This document shows, piece by piece, positions 42,665 through 54,925 of a stretch of DNA of 64,000 nt (its first letter is position 1; every line of letters begins with the position of its first letter). The stretch is from assembly GCF_001194135.2 (NCBI RefSeq), contig NC_069006.1:21962044-22026043 (forward strand), read 5' to 3'. Below the pieces are notes generated by a model. The model saw only the letters and a program-made list of their open reading frames with translations. It was not told the DNA's origin and searched no databases. The position numbers were made by a program, and so were the translations under genes. The stretch comes from Octopus bimaculoides (lineage: Eukaryota).

Positions 42665-42888
42665 ATGCATATCAGGGTACAGGACGTTAGAACAATGAAC
42701 TACAGACAACGGAACGAACACATAGGAAAACGGAAAGCCACTTGGAATATCCCTTCATCAGCTGTCTCTATTCCAACTAGACGTTTCGAAGATAAGACAG
42801 AACGTACTCTAGAATAGTCTCTTCCTGAGTAGTGGATCAACCCACTACACAGAGGATTCCAAGGTGGCAAACACAAACCAAGACAGGA

Positions 42889-42890
<2 letters not shown>
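42665..42890 (-). mobile_element. Possible Penelope-like element end
   Basis: The minus strand carries CGAAACGTC and CTGATGAAGGG, motifs typical of Penelope-associated minimal hammerheads. No ORF. Confidence 0.35.
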
Positions 42891-42919
<29 letters not shown>

Positions 42920-42991
42920 CATCATCATCATCATCTTCACCATCATTTAATGTCAATGCTCCTTTTGTTGCTCCTTTTCGTTGAAAATCAT

Positions 42992-43205
42992 TCAACCCTT
43001 TAGCATTCAGTTTATTCTGTCAGATGTAAAGCTTATTTATTTACAATGTTTTGAATTAATCATGCTTTATCTTGTAGCTTAGTGATTTTGACGAGATTGT
43101 TTAGCTTTAAAATGACATTGTAGGATAGGTGTGAGAGGCCAGATTTGGCTTGTTTGAACATAAATCAGGTTAGATATTTAAGGTGGATATGACTGGTTTA
43201 AGTGA
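42992..43205 (+). mobile_element. piggyBac-like MITE, second family (AACCCTTTAGCATTCAG...)
   Basis: Second partial copy at ~61776-61925. Confidence 0.6.
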
Positions 43206-43282
43206 TCCAGAATACAATCAAATATTTGAAAGGTGTCATTTTTTTCCCACCTTTTCCAATGAAGGAATTGATAAAACAACTA

Positions 43283-43601
43283 TATTTTCAGAAAAAAGAT
43301 TGAACACCATGTCATAGAAGCAAGGTATCACAAGCTCAGGAAAAGAAGTTGCAGAAACAAATCTCTGAAATGGGTTGTTCAAAGCCCTCGATCTTAATCC
43401 TGTAGAACACACACATTGGAATATCTTGACAGAATGCAGAGAGCAAGATTGCTGAAAATTACATCAATTAGAGAGATAAAAGAAACATTGATCAAAGAGT
43501 AGATAAATATGTATCTTTCTCTCATTGATAATGTAATCAAATACAAGCCTAATTAGCTAAAAGCCATGATATTAGTTCAAGGAGAGTCACAAAAATACTG
43601 A
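43283..43601 (+). pseudogene. Tc1-like transposase C-terminal remnant
   Basis: FQKKD*TPCHRSK, LKWVVQSP-DLNPVEH..WNIL and IKETLIKE*...QGESQKY* match the Tc1 QDNAPCH, WPxQSPDLNPIE and GGxTKY motifs. Confidence 0.8.
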
Positions 43602-43903
43602 GACAAACTTTCATTCATGTTGGATAATTTTACATATTAAATTAATATTGTGTGTTATTAAGCAGACTATAAAGTTTTTGCAAGCCATTGTGTGTGTGTG
43701 TGTGTGCATACACACAGATGCATCGCATACATACAAGCTTCCATATAGCTTCTATCTTACAATTTCATTGCCAAAGCATTGGTCAACCTGCAGCTATAGT
43801 ACAAGATACTTGTTCAAGGTGTCATGCTGTGACATGGAACTTGAAGCCATATGGTTATGAAGTGAACTCCAAATCCATATTACCATACCTGCATCTATCT
43901 ATC

Positions 43904-43934
<31 letters not shown>

Positions 43935-44055
43935 CTATAAAAAATGTATGTGAATACAATTGTATTTACATACACGTTTACATGTTTTCTAGATATACAT
44001 ATACATAAATATATATATAACTCAGTCTATCTATCACTTTATCAGTCCATCTGTC

Positions 44056-44086
<31 letters not shown>

Positions 44087-44619
44087 CTCTCTCTCTCTCT
44101 CTTTATCTATCTATCAATCTATCTCTCTATCTATTTGTCTATCTAGCTATCTATGATTAAAAATATGAAACAGTTTCTCAATTAATAAAAGAACAAGAAT
44201 TACAAAACAAAAAGCATTAGAAGAAAACATAATGAAAAATAAAAAAAAAACAATAATAAACCCAAAACATTGATATGCATTGATAACAGTGGTTATTACA
44301 AGCAATTAAATTTTCTTGCAGATAAGAGATTTATATTCTTAAAAATATTTAATACAAACGATATGTTTAATGAAAATACTCAAAGGACTTTTAAACAATA
44401 TTTTACAATTTTAATTTTAATGCAGACTGATTTCAATTTAAAATTAAATATTTACATTAACCCTTTATCAATTAATTTTTATCAAAGATTCTCGTATATC
44501 AGTTACTCTTGAAGCAGTTTTAATTTGATATGTCGAGCTAATTCCATTTAAATTATGAATCCATCACTTTTGCTTTGTAAATTTTTCTTGGGTCATATTG
44601 ATTTAATTTTTATATATTT

Positions 44620-45020
44620 TACTTGTTTCAGTCATTGGACTGTGGCCATGCTGGGACAATGCTTTGACAAGTTTAGTCAAACGAATCGACTCTAGTACTT
44701 CTTTTAATCCTTTATCTTCTACTTCAGTCAGTCAATGACTGTGGCTATGCTGGGACAACATCTTGATGGGTTTAGTCAAATAAATCAACTCCAGTACATC
44801 ATTTATCTTTTATTTCTTTCAGTCATTGGACTGCAGCCATGCTGGAGCACCACCTTGAAGGGGTTAGTCAAATGCATGAACACCAGTACTTATTTTTTTT
44901 TTTTAAATGGTAATGATTCTGTCAGTCTCTTTTGCCAGACCACTAACTTGTGGAGACATAAACAGACCAACACCAGTTGTCAAGCAGTAGGGAACAGACA
45001 CAAACACACAGAAGTGCGTG
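44620..45020 (-). mobile_element. SINE family C end with a triplicated ~90-100 bp terminal unit
   Basis: CAGTCA(T/A)TG(G)ACTG(T/C)(G/A)GC anchors at 44629, 44729 and 44820. Confidence 0.7.
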
Positions 45021-45056
<36 letters not shown>

Positions 45057-45362
45057 ACAGGCTAAATAAAATATTTCTTTAGATATTCCTGTTTAAGATG
45101 ATCACTTTTGTCAGTGTGTTGAAGTAACAAGTCTTTTGTTCACTCAAACATGTTTAGTGTTAGCCAAATTCTGCTCAGACTAGATGCTACTAGCAGAATA
45201 AATGGAAGGACATGTAGTTCAAGATATGAGAAATGATGAGATTGTCATGGGAGGAGTGTCTTTTGGACCAAAGGTTTGCTAGATAAAGGCAGACCTGAGG
45301 TTAAGCAGCAACAACTTGTTAAACTAGATACATGAAAGGGCAGGGTGGTCATGGAAGAAGCA

Positions 45363-45595
45363 TCTTTGACTGAGGAATAAACGATAATCAGATGGAGCAA
45401 TGTCTGGCATATATGGTGGGTGGGGGATCATTTCCCATTCAAACTGCTCCAGCCTTTGGAATGTCATCCTTGCTGTATGTGGCTAAGTATTATCCTGATG
45501 GAAGAACACCTTTTTGTCTTGAAAGTAAAGATGGTTGTTTTTCTTCTAGCGCTGACTTAAACCACTCTAGCTTTCTCACAGAAGATCTCCTTTGT
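45363..45595 (-). pseudogene. Mariner transposase catalytic-domain remnant
   Basis: VFFHQDNT*PHTARMTFQRLEQFEWEMIPHPPYMPDIAPSDYRLF matches the mariner HQDNARPH...HPPYSPDLAPSDY motif. Confidence 0.88.
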
Positions 45596-46838
45596 GGCAG
45601 TGACACTTACAATAATAATGTGATGTCAAGACAGGAAGACAGTACCACACACACACACACGCACACACACATATATATATGACAAGCTTATTTAGGTGTC
45701 TGTCTAACAAATTCACTCACTAGGCTTTGGTTGTCCCAAGACTATAGTAAAAGGTTCCACACAGTGAGACTGAACCTGAAACCATGAGGTTGGGAAGCAA
45801 ACTTCTTAACTACACATCCATGCCTGTATATGTGTGTGTGTGCGTGAGTGTGTGTTTGTGCATTAATTTATTGATTGACTTACTGAATTATCAGCATTAC
45901 ACAGAAAAAGTATATTTTAATGTAGCAATATTCATGAGTTTTCATTTGAGATGTTATAATAACTGTCATGTTCGCTTGTTTTCAGGTGTGACATTAAGCA
46001 GGACAAGATTTGCTATAAATGTCTTTTGGAATGAGTTCTTTTTATTATTACTGTCTTCATGAAACACTTTAAAAACGAGAGAAAATCACCATTTATTCTA
46101 GTGTTGTTCTTTAACCCCAAGTCATCCCAAATTGAGCAGAACTATATTTAAAGGCATTCCAACTTTGATCATCACCTCTGATTTTTTTCAAGGTATAGTT
46201 TATCACATTTTTGTTCCTTCTCCCAACCAGTTGTCAAATAGTGGGGAGGTGGGTGACAGCCAAAGGCACAAAAACACATAATAGCTTTCTTCAGCACCTT
46301 CAAGTTTTTTTAACCAATTCATCCCACACAGGGAGACTCATTCATACATTTCCCCCAACCAAATACAGTCTTTGCCTGCCGAAAGTCTGTTTGTCTATAA
46401 GACCCACATTGAACTCTTACTCAATAAATCATTCCCATGTTATTCCTTGTCAGTTTTGTCACTCTCCTCTGGCATATTTCATCATAATAGAGTTCCACCT
46501 GTTTCTCTTGATCTACCAACAAATTTTTTTTTTTTTTTTTTATCATTTTATAAGATGAAAGTCTATTAAAACAAACAAACAGAAAATTAGAGAAAACTCC
46601 TGGATATAATAATAATAGTGGTTTCAAGTTTTGGCACAAAACCAGCAATTTTTGGGGAGGGGATAAGTCAATCAACTCAACTCCAGTGCTCAACTGATAC
46701 TTATCAACCTAGAAAGGATGAAAAACAAAGTCAACCTCAGCGGAATTTGAACTCAGAATGTAAAGATGGACGAGATGTTGCTAAGCATTTTGCCCAGTGA
46801 GCTAACAATGCTGCCTGCTAACCACCATAATAGTAGTA

Positions 46839-46881
<43 letters not shown>

Positions 46882-48920
46882 TGATGATGATGATAATAAT
46901 AATAATAATAATAATAATAATATGATGGAGAAGAAATATAATTAAAGAAAATGAAATTCCATTACACTATAAATTTCTGCAAAAATGTATTTTTTAAGAA
47001 AACAGAGAAAATAAAAAAAAATTTAATTCATAATATTTACTTGAACTTATAACATTTACATATATTCTGTTTCTGAAAACATAATAAATCTTAAAACTCA
47101 ACATGAAAACTAAAAACACTGTGTTGTCTGGGAGCTTCCCACCAACCATATTTACTTGTATATAAGTCACAATATTTTATACTCGATTTTAAGTGAAGAA
47201 ACAGGGGTGCAATTTAAACATGGGGCAAATCTAAAACTATGAAGGTGAAGGGGAAAAAGATTGTACCAGGATTTAACACTAAATTAGGGTTATGATTTGT
47301 ACATGAGTAAATATCATACCATATTTGTTAGCATTTAAAAATGCACTTTTTTTCAAAATAATAATAATCATCATCAATTAATGTCTATTTTACAAGCTGG
47401 TATGAGTCGGACGGTTTGACAGGAGCTGCCCATGTTCCATATCTGTTTTGGCATGGTTTCTATAGCTGGATGCCCTTCCTAGGTCAGTTAGATAGATCTG
47501 ATTGATTATTGGAAATAGTTAAATAATTTGTGCATCTACATAAAACAAATAGAAAAGATAGGGACAAACAAGAGGGAAAGGAATCTTTTATCTTTTACTT
47601 GTTTCACTCATTGAACTGTCGCTGTGCTGGGTCACTGCCTTGAAGGGTTCTAGTAGAACAAATCAACCATTGCTTTTTGTTTTGTTTTAGAGGCTGGTAC
47701 TTATTCTTTTGGACTCTTCTCTTTAAACTGCTAATGCTATAGGAACGTAAACAAACCAGCATACACATGTGCAGACATAGATACACACACACACACACAC
47801 ATGTCAATGTATACGACTGGCTTCTTCCAGTTTCAGTCAATCAACTCCACTTACAAAGCTTTGGTCAGCCTGGGGCTGAAATAGAAGACACCTGCCCAAG
47901 GTGCCATGGAGGGGAACTGAACCCAAGACCCCTCAGTTTGGAGGTAGGCTTCTTAACTACAAAGCCATGCCTGCACCTACATATGTATGGGTGGACAAAA
48001 AGTCATGCATCAAAACTATTGACATTTTATTTATATTACTTTATTATCATTATTATTATTATTACTACTACTATGTTAATACGTCTAGATACTGATTATG
48101 TTGTTTCCAGTATATTTAGATGTTTAAATGCGCACACACACACACACACATATATATATACAGACATAGATAGATAGATAGATAGATAGATATGTTTATA
48201 GATGTGTGTATGTTACAGAGATTGAGAGAGATGAGTAGGTGTGAGTGACACAAAAAAAAAAAATTGCAAGCTGCAATATAGGCAAAAGAAAAAAGAAAAA
48301 AAAAATTAAAAATACGGGCATATTAATTACTGTAATCAACAAAGCATCATCATTAAGACAACATTTTTATAAATATCAAAGCACAAATTAATTAAAAGTT
48401 GTTAAAAGGGGAGAGAGTTTGATATTCAGTTCATAGCAGTTTTATTTTGTTCCCATATTTTTTTCATTCTCTTTATTCTAATTAGAATTGCTGAGATACT
48501 TCATTCATTAATTCATTCATTAATTAATTCATTCATTCATTAATAATAGTAGTAATGTTAGTAACATTTCACTGTCTCATACATGTCAATATGAGGCTGT
48601 GAAAAGGGGAAAAGAAATGCTATGCATGTTAACTCGTATTCTGGCAATGAACTTGTTTTAGTCTGTTGTCACTGAGGTCTAGAAAAGATCAGACAAAATC
48701 ACATCTTCCTCTTATCACATTACCTACATCAAATTTTTAAAATTTCAATTAATTAGTATACAGGTATGGCTATATGATTAATGAGCTTGCTTTGCCATCA
48801 CATGTTTTTGGTGCTTGTGTGGCAGAAGTGACCAATAGGGAGAAGTGTGTGTGTATGTGTTATGTGTATGTATATATATATATCTGAGTGTGTATATATG
48901 TGTGAGTGTGTATATGTATG

Positions 48921-48972
<52 letters not shown>

Positions 48973-49324
48973 TACATGAAGGTGTGTGGCCTAGTGGTAG
49001 AAGCATTGCACCCACAATCGCTAGATCATGGGTCCGATTTCCAAACCAGATGATGGGTTCTGTTCTGGAGTAAAACACACCATTTCAATCAGCTGTAAAT
49101 GGGTAACCTTGTAACAGAAAAGCCTTCCAATCAGGGGTTATATTGGTAATGATGCCACCCTGCCTAACCAGCTGGGTGGCATCATTCAAAAGCTAAAACA
49201 AAGCATATTGCATTGTGACCAGTGACATATAACAATATCCAATAGTCTCATTGATACCATTATATATATAGGAAAATGAAAAATAATAATAAGGCAGAAT
49301 GCTAAACTGGAAGCATATTTTAAT

Positions 49325-49700
49325 AAAGATTTCTCTAACTGGCTTTCATTGTGAAGCAAATTTTCAAGAAGAGGGAGAATGAAAATGTTTTTTACAAAGA
49401 AGTACAAAATGAAGAAAATAATATATTAAAAAGTAATATATAAAAAAATAAATATACCAATACATTATATTGTCTTTGAGCTTTCAAAGTTCAATGGTAA
49501 TCCATGTATATAATGGTTGGAAAAATAAGGATGCATGAGAATTGAGAGTTGTGTTAGGTTTAAGAAAAGGGCTAAAAGTTTGTGTTAAGCAGGAAGTGTG
49601 GCGTCAAAACAGGAAGTGTGTGTAAGGGGAGACAAATCTTTTCAGTTGGAGTTATGAACTCTTTTTCAACAGGAAGTTTATGTCTGTTCCTAGAAAAATA
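49325..49700 (+). repeat. Unclassified dispersed repeat, copy 2
   Basis: Collinear with 13195-13468. Confidence 0.8.
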
Positions 49701-52022
49701 AGTTATATATACACACACACACATACATACATATACACATACACATATATGACTTATCAAGTTGTGGGGCGATGAACACAAACAAAACAATACATACACA
49801 CACACATATACAATGGGTTTCACAAAAGTTACAATCTACAAAAGTCACTCACAAGACGTTGGTCAGCCACAGCTATAGTAGAAGACAATTATCCAAAGTA
49901 GTGCAGGGTGGGGCTGAACCTAAAACCATGTATTTTATCTCCTTTTGATTACATCGACTACTTTTGAAGGTGGTAAAGTGGCCAATGTGTCACACTAAGG
50001 GGTCAAACTCAAAACCATGTGATCATGAAGTGAACTTATTGACCTTATGACCAAAACATTTCATTTCTCTCTGAACCCACTATATTTCAAAGTTGAGAGG
50101 GCATCATGAAGAAAAAGCTTATGTTAGATAGTTGAGAAACTGAAAGTTGTCACGAATATATGACTAAATTATGAAAGAATGAAAAGACAAAGTAGATACT
50201 TATATTTACAAACAAGTTAAATAACATTTACATATTATTATTTAGAGATTTTCTAATAAATTGAAAAATCTGAAACAAAACATCAAAATGTTCTAATTAG
50301 ATACTTTTGGAAAAAAAATACAAAAAAACACAAACTAACTTTGTGAAATTCAAATGATTTGCGTTAATTAACACCAGAAAATTATATGGTCGACATAGGC
50401 ATTTTATTTTCCTGAAAATTTGAATTAGACCTGATCAAAAAACATCTATAATCTTTCTGCAAAGTAATGAAATTTAAATATTAACTTGGAATTCCACAAA
50501 ATATTTTTTCCCCTCCTTTCTCAAACATCTGAAGAATGTATTTTACAAATATCGTTTTTAATTTCAGGGCAAAAATGAATGAAAAATTAAGAATTAGAAT
50601 TTTAAGTAAAAATATTTGAAGGCAACTATGTCAGTTAAATAACAATCTTGCATGGAGAGTATTGATTTCTAAAGAACATAGAAGACTGATAACAATGATA
50701 ATGACAACGATGATGATCATCGTCATCATCATCATCATCATCATCTCTTTATTGGCCACAGGGCCTTCACACATAACAAAACATTTTAAACAACCCAAAA
50801 TAAAAGCAAAAAGTCATACTATAACATGTCAAAGTTATTACAGATCAATCCTAAGCATCATTCAACCTTTAGCACACTGAAGGTAAATCATGTTGCCATA
50901 TGAGTTTTTCTCTCTCTCAATGTGACACAATATGCCTGCCGCTACAGAGGAGAAAACTCGTACAGCAACATGATTTACCTTCAGCATGCTAAAGGTTAAT
51001 GTCCGGTTTTTCATGCTTGTATGAGATTGCTGAGGTAGATTTGCTATGACCAGATGTCCTTTGTATTGCCAACCCTCACCTATTTCTAAGCAAGGTAATA
51101 TTTCACCAAGACCAGACATACTTTCATGGAAGACTGGGAATGAGGGACACTATTTGCATGATGGTGACATTCATTCACAATGTATCAAATGAAGTCAAGG
51201 TAAGGAAACAGTAGCATGAATGCACGCATGCATACATACAATACATACATACATATATACATGATGAGCTTCTTTCTGTTTCTGTCTAACAAATCCACTC
51301 ACAGAGCTTCGGGCAGCCTGGGGCTTTAATAGAAAATACTTCTCCAAGGTGCCATATACTGGGACTGAACTCAGAACCATGTGGTTTGGAAGCAAACTTA
51401 CAACCACACAGCTATGCCTGTGCTTACTGACAACTGCACTTACTCGATATTCCTTAGATAACAATTCCATAATGTGTATCATACAACATTACCAATGAAT
51501 CATAAAAGCCAAATTACATGTTAAAGCAAATAATACTTTTGGATTATAAAAATATACTCTAACATAACAGGAAGAGCACAAGTAGGGGTTTACCATTTCT
51601 TAGAAATGCTATTGTATCATTAACAGAATAAATTGATTTTATTAACTGTTACGGCACTTCAAGAGAAGATAAAATCATACATAAACAATAGATATAATAG
51701 TTTTGTGGTGAACATAGTGGCTTCTATTAACACTAATGAGTTCAAATAAACTACGCCATACCAATTGCTTTATTTTCTTAGGTAAGGTCACATTGCTTTG
51801 CTCTTTAGTAAAGTCAGCAAACAAATAGATAACACCTTCAATTAATGGTCGAGTGCTTATTGCTAAGGAGAGCATCCTTCTATAAATCTATATTTGTATT
51901 TACACATGTTTCCAGTCCAGATAATGTAATTACACATCTGTTGTGCAGTTGATATGGTAACAGATGTCGTCCAGACAAATCCTACAAATTAACACAAGTA
52001 TATTAAATCAAAAGAGAGAATA

Positions 52023-52785
52023 ATGTTGACGGTGGTGATGGTGGTGGAAATAGTGCTTAGTGCTCATAGGGGTGTTGGTGGGGTTACTATGGTGGCAGTG
52101 GAAGTGATTTTGATGGTGATGGTTGTGGTGGTATTGGTAACAGTGTTCATGGTGTTGATGGTAACCATTATAGCAATGATAATATTACTAGTGATTGGGA
52201 TGGTAGTTGTGCTTGTGGTAATTATGATAATGGTGATGGTGGTGCTGTTGGTAGTTCTGCTGATGGTGGTGATAGTGGTGTTGCTGGTAGCCACTGCGAT
52301 GAGGATATTGACAGTAATGATGTCAGTGATAATGAGAAAGGTGATGATGTTTGTGGTGATGATGATGTTGGCGTTAGTGATGGAGATGGTAATGGTAGTT
52401 ATAGTTGTAGTGATGTTGTTGGCAGCAGTGATGCTTTTGTTGCTTTTATTGTTGGTGGTGTTGGGGTTGCTGATGGAGGTAGTGTTGGTGGAAGTAATGT
52501 TGTTGTTGTTACTATTGGCAGTGATGGTCATGTTGGAGGCAATGATAGTAATGGTGTTGCTGTAGATGGTGTTGGTGGCAGTAATGCTGAGGACAGTGGT
52601 GGTGGTTTTAATGATAATGATGATGTTCTAGTGGGGATGTTTGTGACGATGGTGTTAGTGATGGTGATGATGATGATGATAGTAGTGGTGATGTTGGATT
52701 TGGTAGTATTATTGATGTTGATGAATGATGGTAGTGTTGGTGATGTAATGGTGATATTGGCGATGGTGGTGGTGGTGGTGGTACT
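52023..52785. repeat. Long cryptic trinucleotide tract (GGT/GAT/GTT/AGT)
   Basis: Strict 3-bp periodicity. Similar tracts at 1630-1745, 38550-38850, 58865-59045, 59380-59735 and 63520-64000. Confidence 0.85.
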
Positions 52786-53004
52786 ATAATCAGGTCCAGA
52801 TTAAGACCCATTGAGGCTCTATGCACTTAAAAGATTTTGGTGCCACCATTTATATGCAATTCAAAATATAAACAATAATAAACCATGAAAAAATTTTTTG
52901 TTTTTCAAAATGAAGCAAAACTAACAGCAAGATGGAAAATAATGTTCGTTTTTGTATACTTTCATTTCACTTATATTTGAAAAGTTTTTCTTACATTTTT
53001 TAAT

Positions 53005-53037
<33 letters not shown>

Positions 53038-53310
53038 GCATGCTAGCATATAAGGGTAAACGAAGATGGAGAGAAAAGTATTCAAATACCATAGGTAAAG
53101 TTAAATACATAGTATTACATTGAAACTGAAAGACTTCAAAAACCATTAATACTTTAAGTTTTACATAACTGTTGTTCAGACAAAAGTGAACTTTTGAAGC
53201 AATACACTTTATATATATATATATATATATANNNNNNNNNNNNNNNNNNNNNNNNNNNNNNNNNNNNNNNNNNNNNNNNNNNNNNNNNNNNNNNNNNNNN
53301 NNNNATATAT

Positions 53311-53354
<44 letters not shown>

Positions 53355-53448
53355 TCTACAGTGGAAATATCACTGTGTTGCTTGTATATCCTGGATTTTC
53401 AAATGTGTGGGTACATTAAATTATATCATACTCTAATTACTGTGTGAC

Positions 53449-53488
<40 letters not shown>

Positions 53489-53570
53489 TGCACAACAGGC
53501 TTCTTTCAGTTTCCATCTACCAAATCCATTCACAGGGTGTTGGTTGACCTGAGGCTAAAGCAGAAGACAC

Positions 53571-53895
53571 CCCCTTCAGTCATGAATGACCATGGGTTTG
53601 CACCTAGAAAGTGACCCTCCAAGGCACAAGTCTGGGCAAAGTTATTTGTGGAAGACCAGCAGTCACCCATGCATATCAGCCTCCCCTCTCTACACCACTG
53701 ATATTATCCAAGTGAAACTTGAAGGCTGATACAGCTTGGCACCAATGACATCGCAGCTCATTTCTACAGCTGAGTGAACTGGAATAATGCGAAATAAAGA
53801 GTCTTGCTCAAGAACACAACACACGGCCCAGTCTGGGAATTGAACTCATTACCTCATGATTGTGAACCCAACACTCTAACCACTGAGCCATGCAG
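53571..53895 (-). mobile_element. ~325 bp tRNA-headed SINE (family E), copy 1
   Basis: Collinear with 62645-62965. The minus strand starts with A-box TGGCTCAGTGG and has B-box GAGTTCAATTCC. Confidence 0.85.
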
Positions 53896-53963
53896 CTTCA
53901 CAAACCATTAATATAAATATCTAACTTTATTTTAACAACAACAACAACAACAATAATACTTAC

Positions 53964-54044
53964 TCTTTCATTGAGTCGCCTTCTTTTCTGCCGAGATGGA
54001 ACCGGGTCATCTGATGGATTATTGTCAATAGCCCAATATGATCC
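53964..54044 (-). CDS. FOXJ3: FoxJ2/3 forkhead transcription factor, internal exon (end of forkhead domain plus basic NLS-like patch): GSYWAIDNNPSDDPVPSRQKRRRLNER
   Basis: 81 nt, phase 0-0. Acceptor TTCTTCAATTCTTCTGTAG, donor AGA|GTAAGT. GSYWAID is the forkhead C-terminal motif. The peptide parallels human FOXJ3 [28 protein letters not shown] (recalled, not searched). Confidence 0.93.
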
Positions 54045-54125
54045 CTACAGAAGAATTGAAGAATTTTAGATTTTCATATTTTAATCCACACAGAAATCAT
54101 GTTTTATTTATTTACATTGAAACAG

Positions 54126-54215
54126 AACAATAAGTCGAAGCTGATGAGAGAAGCCTGTATGTGGTTTCTCGACCTGCTCGAAATAGAGGAAAATTTCTAT
54201 ACATCACTCATTGTT
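54126..54215 (+). ncRNA. Candidate type I hammerhead ribozyme
   Basis: Core CTGATGA 54141-54147 and GAAA 54180-54183. Stem II GAG/CTC. Stem III ATAGAGG/TTTCTAT with AAAA loop. Cleavage triplet AUA, cut after 54201. Stem I AACAATAAGT(C)GAAG with CATCACTCATTGTT. Folded by eye; activity untested. Confidence 0.5.
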
Positions 54216-54519
54216 ATTAAAATGGACAAAGAAAAACAAATCCACAATGGACAACATGGACATAGATGTAAATAAAGATGTATTGGAACATAGGTCAGTT
54301 GTGTCAAGTGTGACATAGGGCCAAACAACAAAAATAATTAACAGAATAAAGTACTTCTTGATCTTGCTGAAAGGCAGGCAATATGTCAGCTTATGTAGCA
54401 GAATACAAAATCAATAGACAACAAAAGTATGAGCAATTTTGTGCTCATTGTGGATATATAACATGGAAAAATGAATGGCAGTATTTGTTCTAGCTCTTTA
54501 CATTTTGAGTTAAGATACA

Positions 54520-54676
54520 ACAGTGGTCAACTCTGCTTTTCATACCACCGTGGTCAATAAAATACGATGCAAGACAAATTCTGCTGGTCAATGTATTCAG
54601 CTATTCTGTCCCCTAAAATTGCTTGTGCCAAAATTTGAAACCATTAATCATCATCATCACCACCACCACCACCACC

Positions 54677-54707
<31 letters not shown>

Positions 54708-54925
54708 AGACAGCAAGCTAGCAGAATCGTTACTGCACCAGATAAAATGCTTAGTGGCATTTCATTTGTACTTATGTTCTGAGTTTAAATTCTGCCAAGG
54801 TTCACTTTGCCTTTCATCTAATTAGAGTCAATAAAATAAGTACCAGTTGACCACTGGGGGTCAGTGTCATTGACTAGCTCCCTCCCCCAAAATATCAGGC
54901 TCTGTGCCTATAGTAGAAAGGATTA
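54520..54925 (+). mobile_element. Two family A SINE copies in forward orientation, separated by a (CAT/CAC)n tract
   Basis: GCAGAATCGTTA A-box region and GAGTTTAAATTC B-box in the second copy. Confidence 0.7.

Larger units (their letters stand above)
9718..54044 (-). other. FOXJ3: Partial FoxJ2/3 gene span with introns 27353-53963 (26.6 kb) and 9812-27244 (17.4 kb); the gene extends beyond these exons
   Basis: Three exons in the correct order, on the same strand, with compatible phases. No start or stop exon found. Extra low-conservation exons cannot be excluded. Confidence 0.85.

Noticed and set aside
48975-49060. tRNA-like sequence (also 2121-2200 and other SINE heads)
   Set aside because: No full cloverleaf, and it continues into a SINE body, so it is not a tRNA gene.
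51900-51985. Minus-strand exon candidate after TTAATTTGTAG
   Set aside because: Weak donor and no recognisable peptide in any frame.
52023-52565. 180-aa Val/Met ORF as a membrane protein
   Set aside because: Product of a triplet repeat, with no splice context or family motif.
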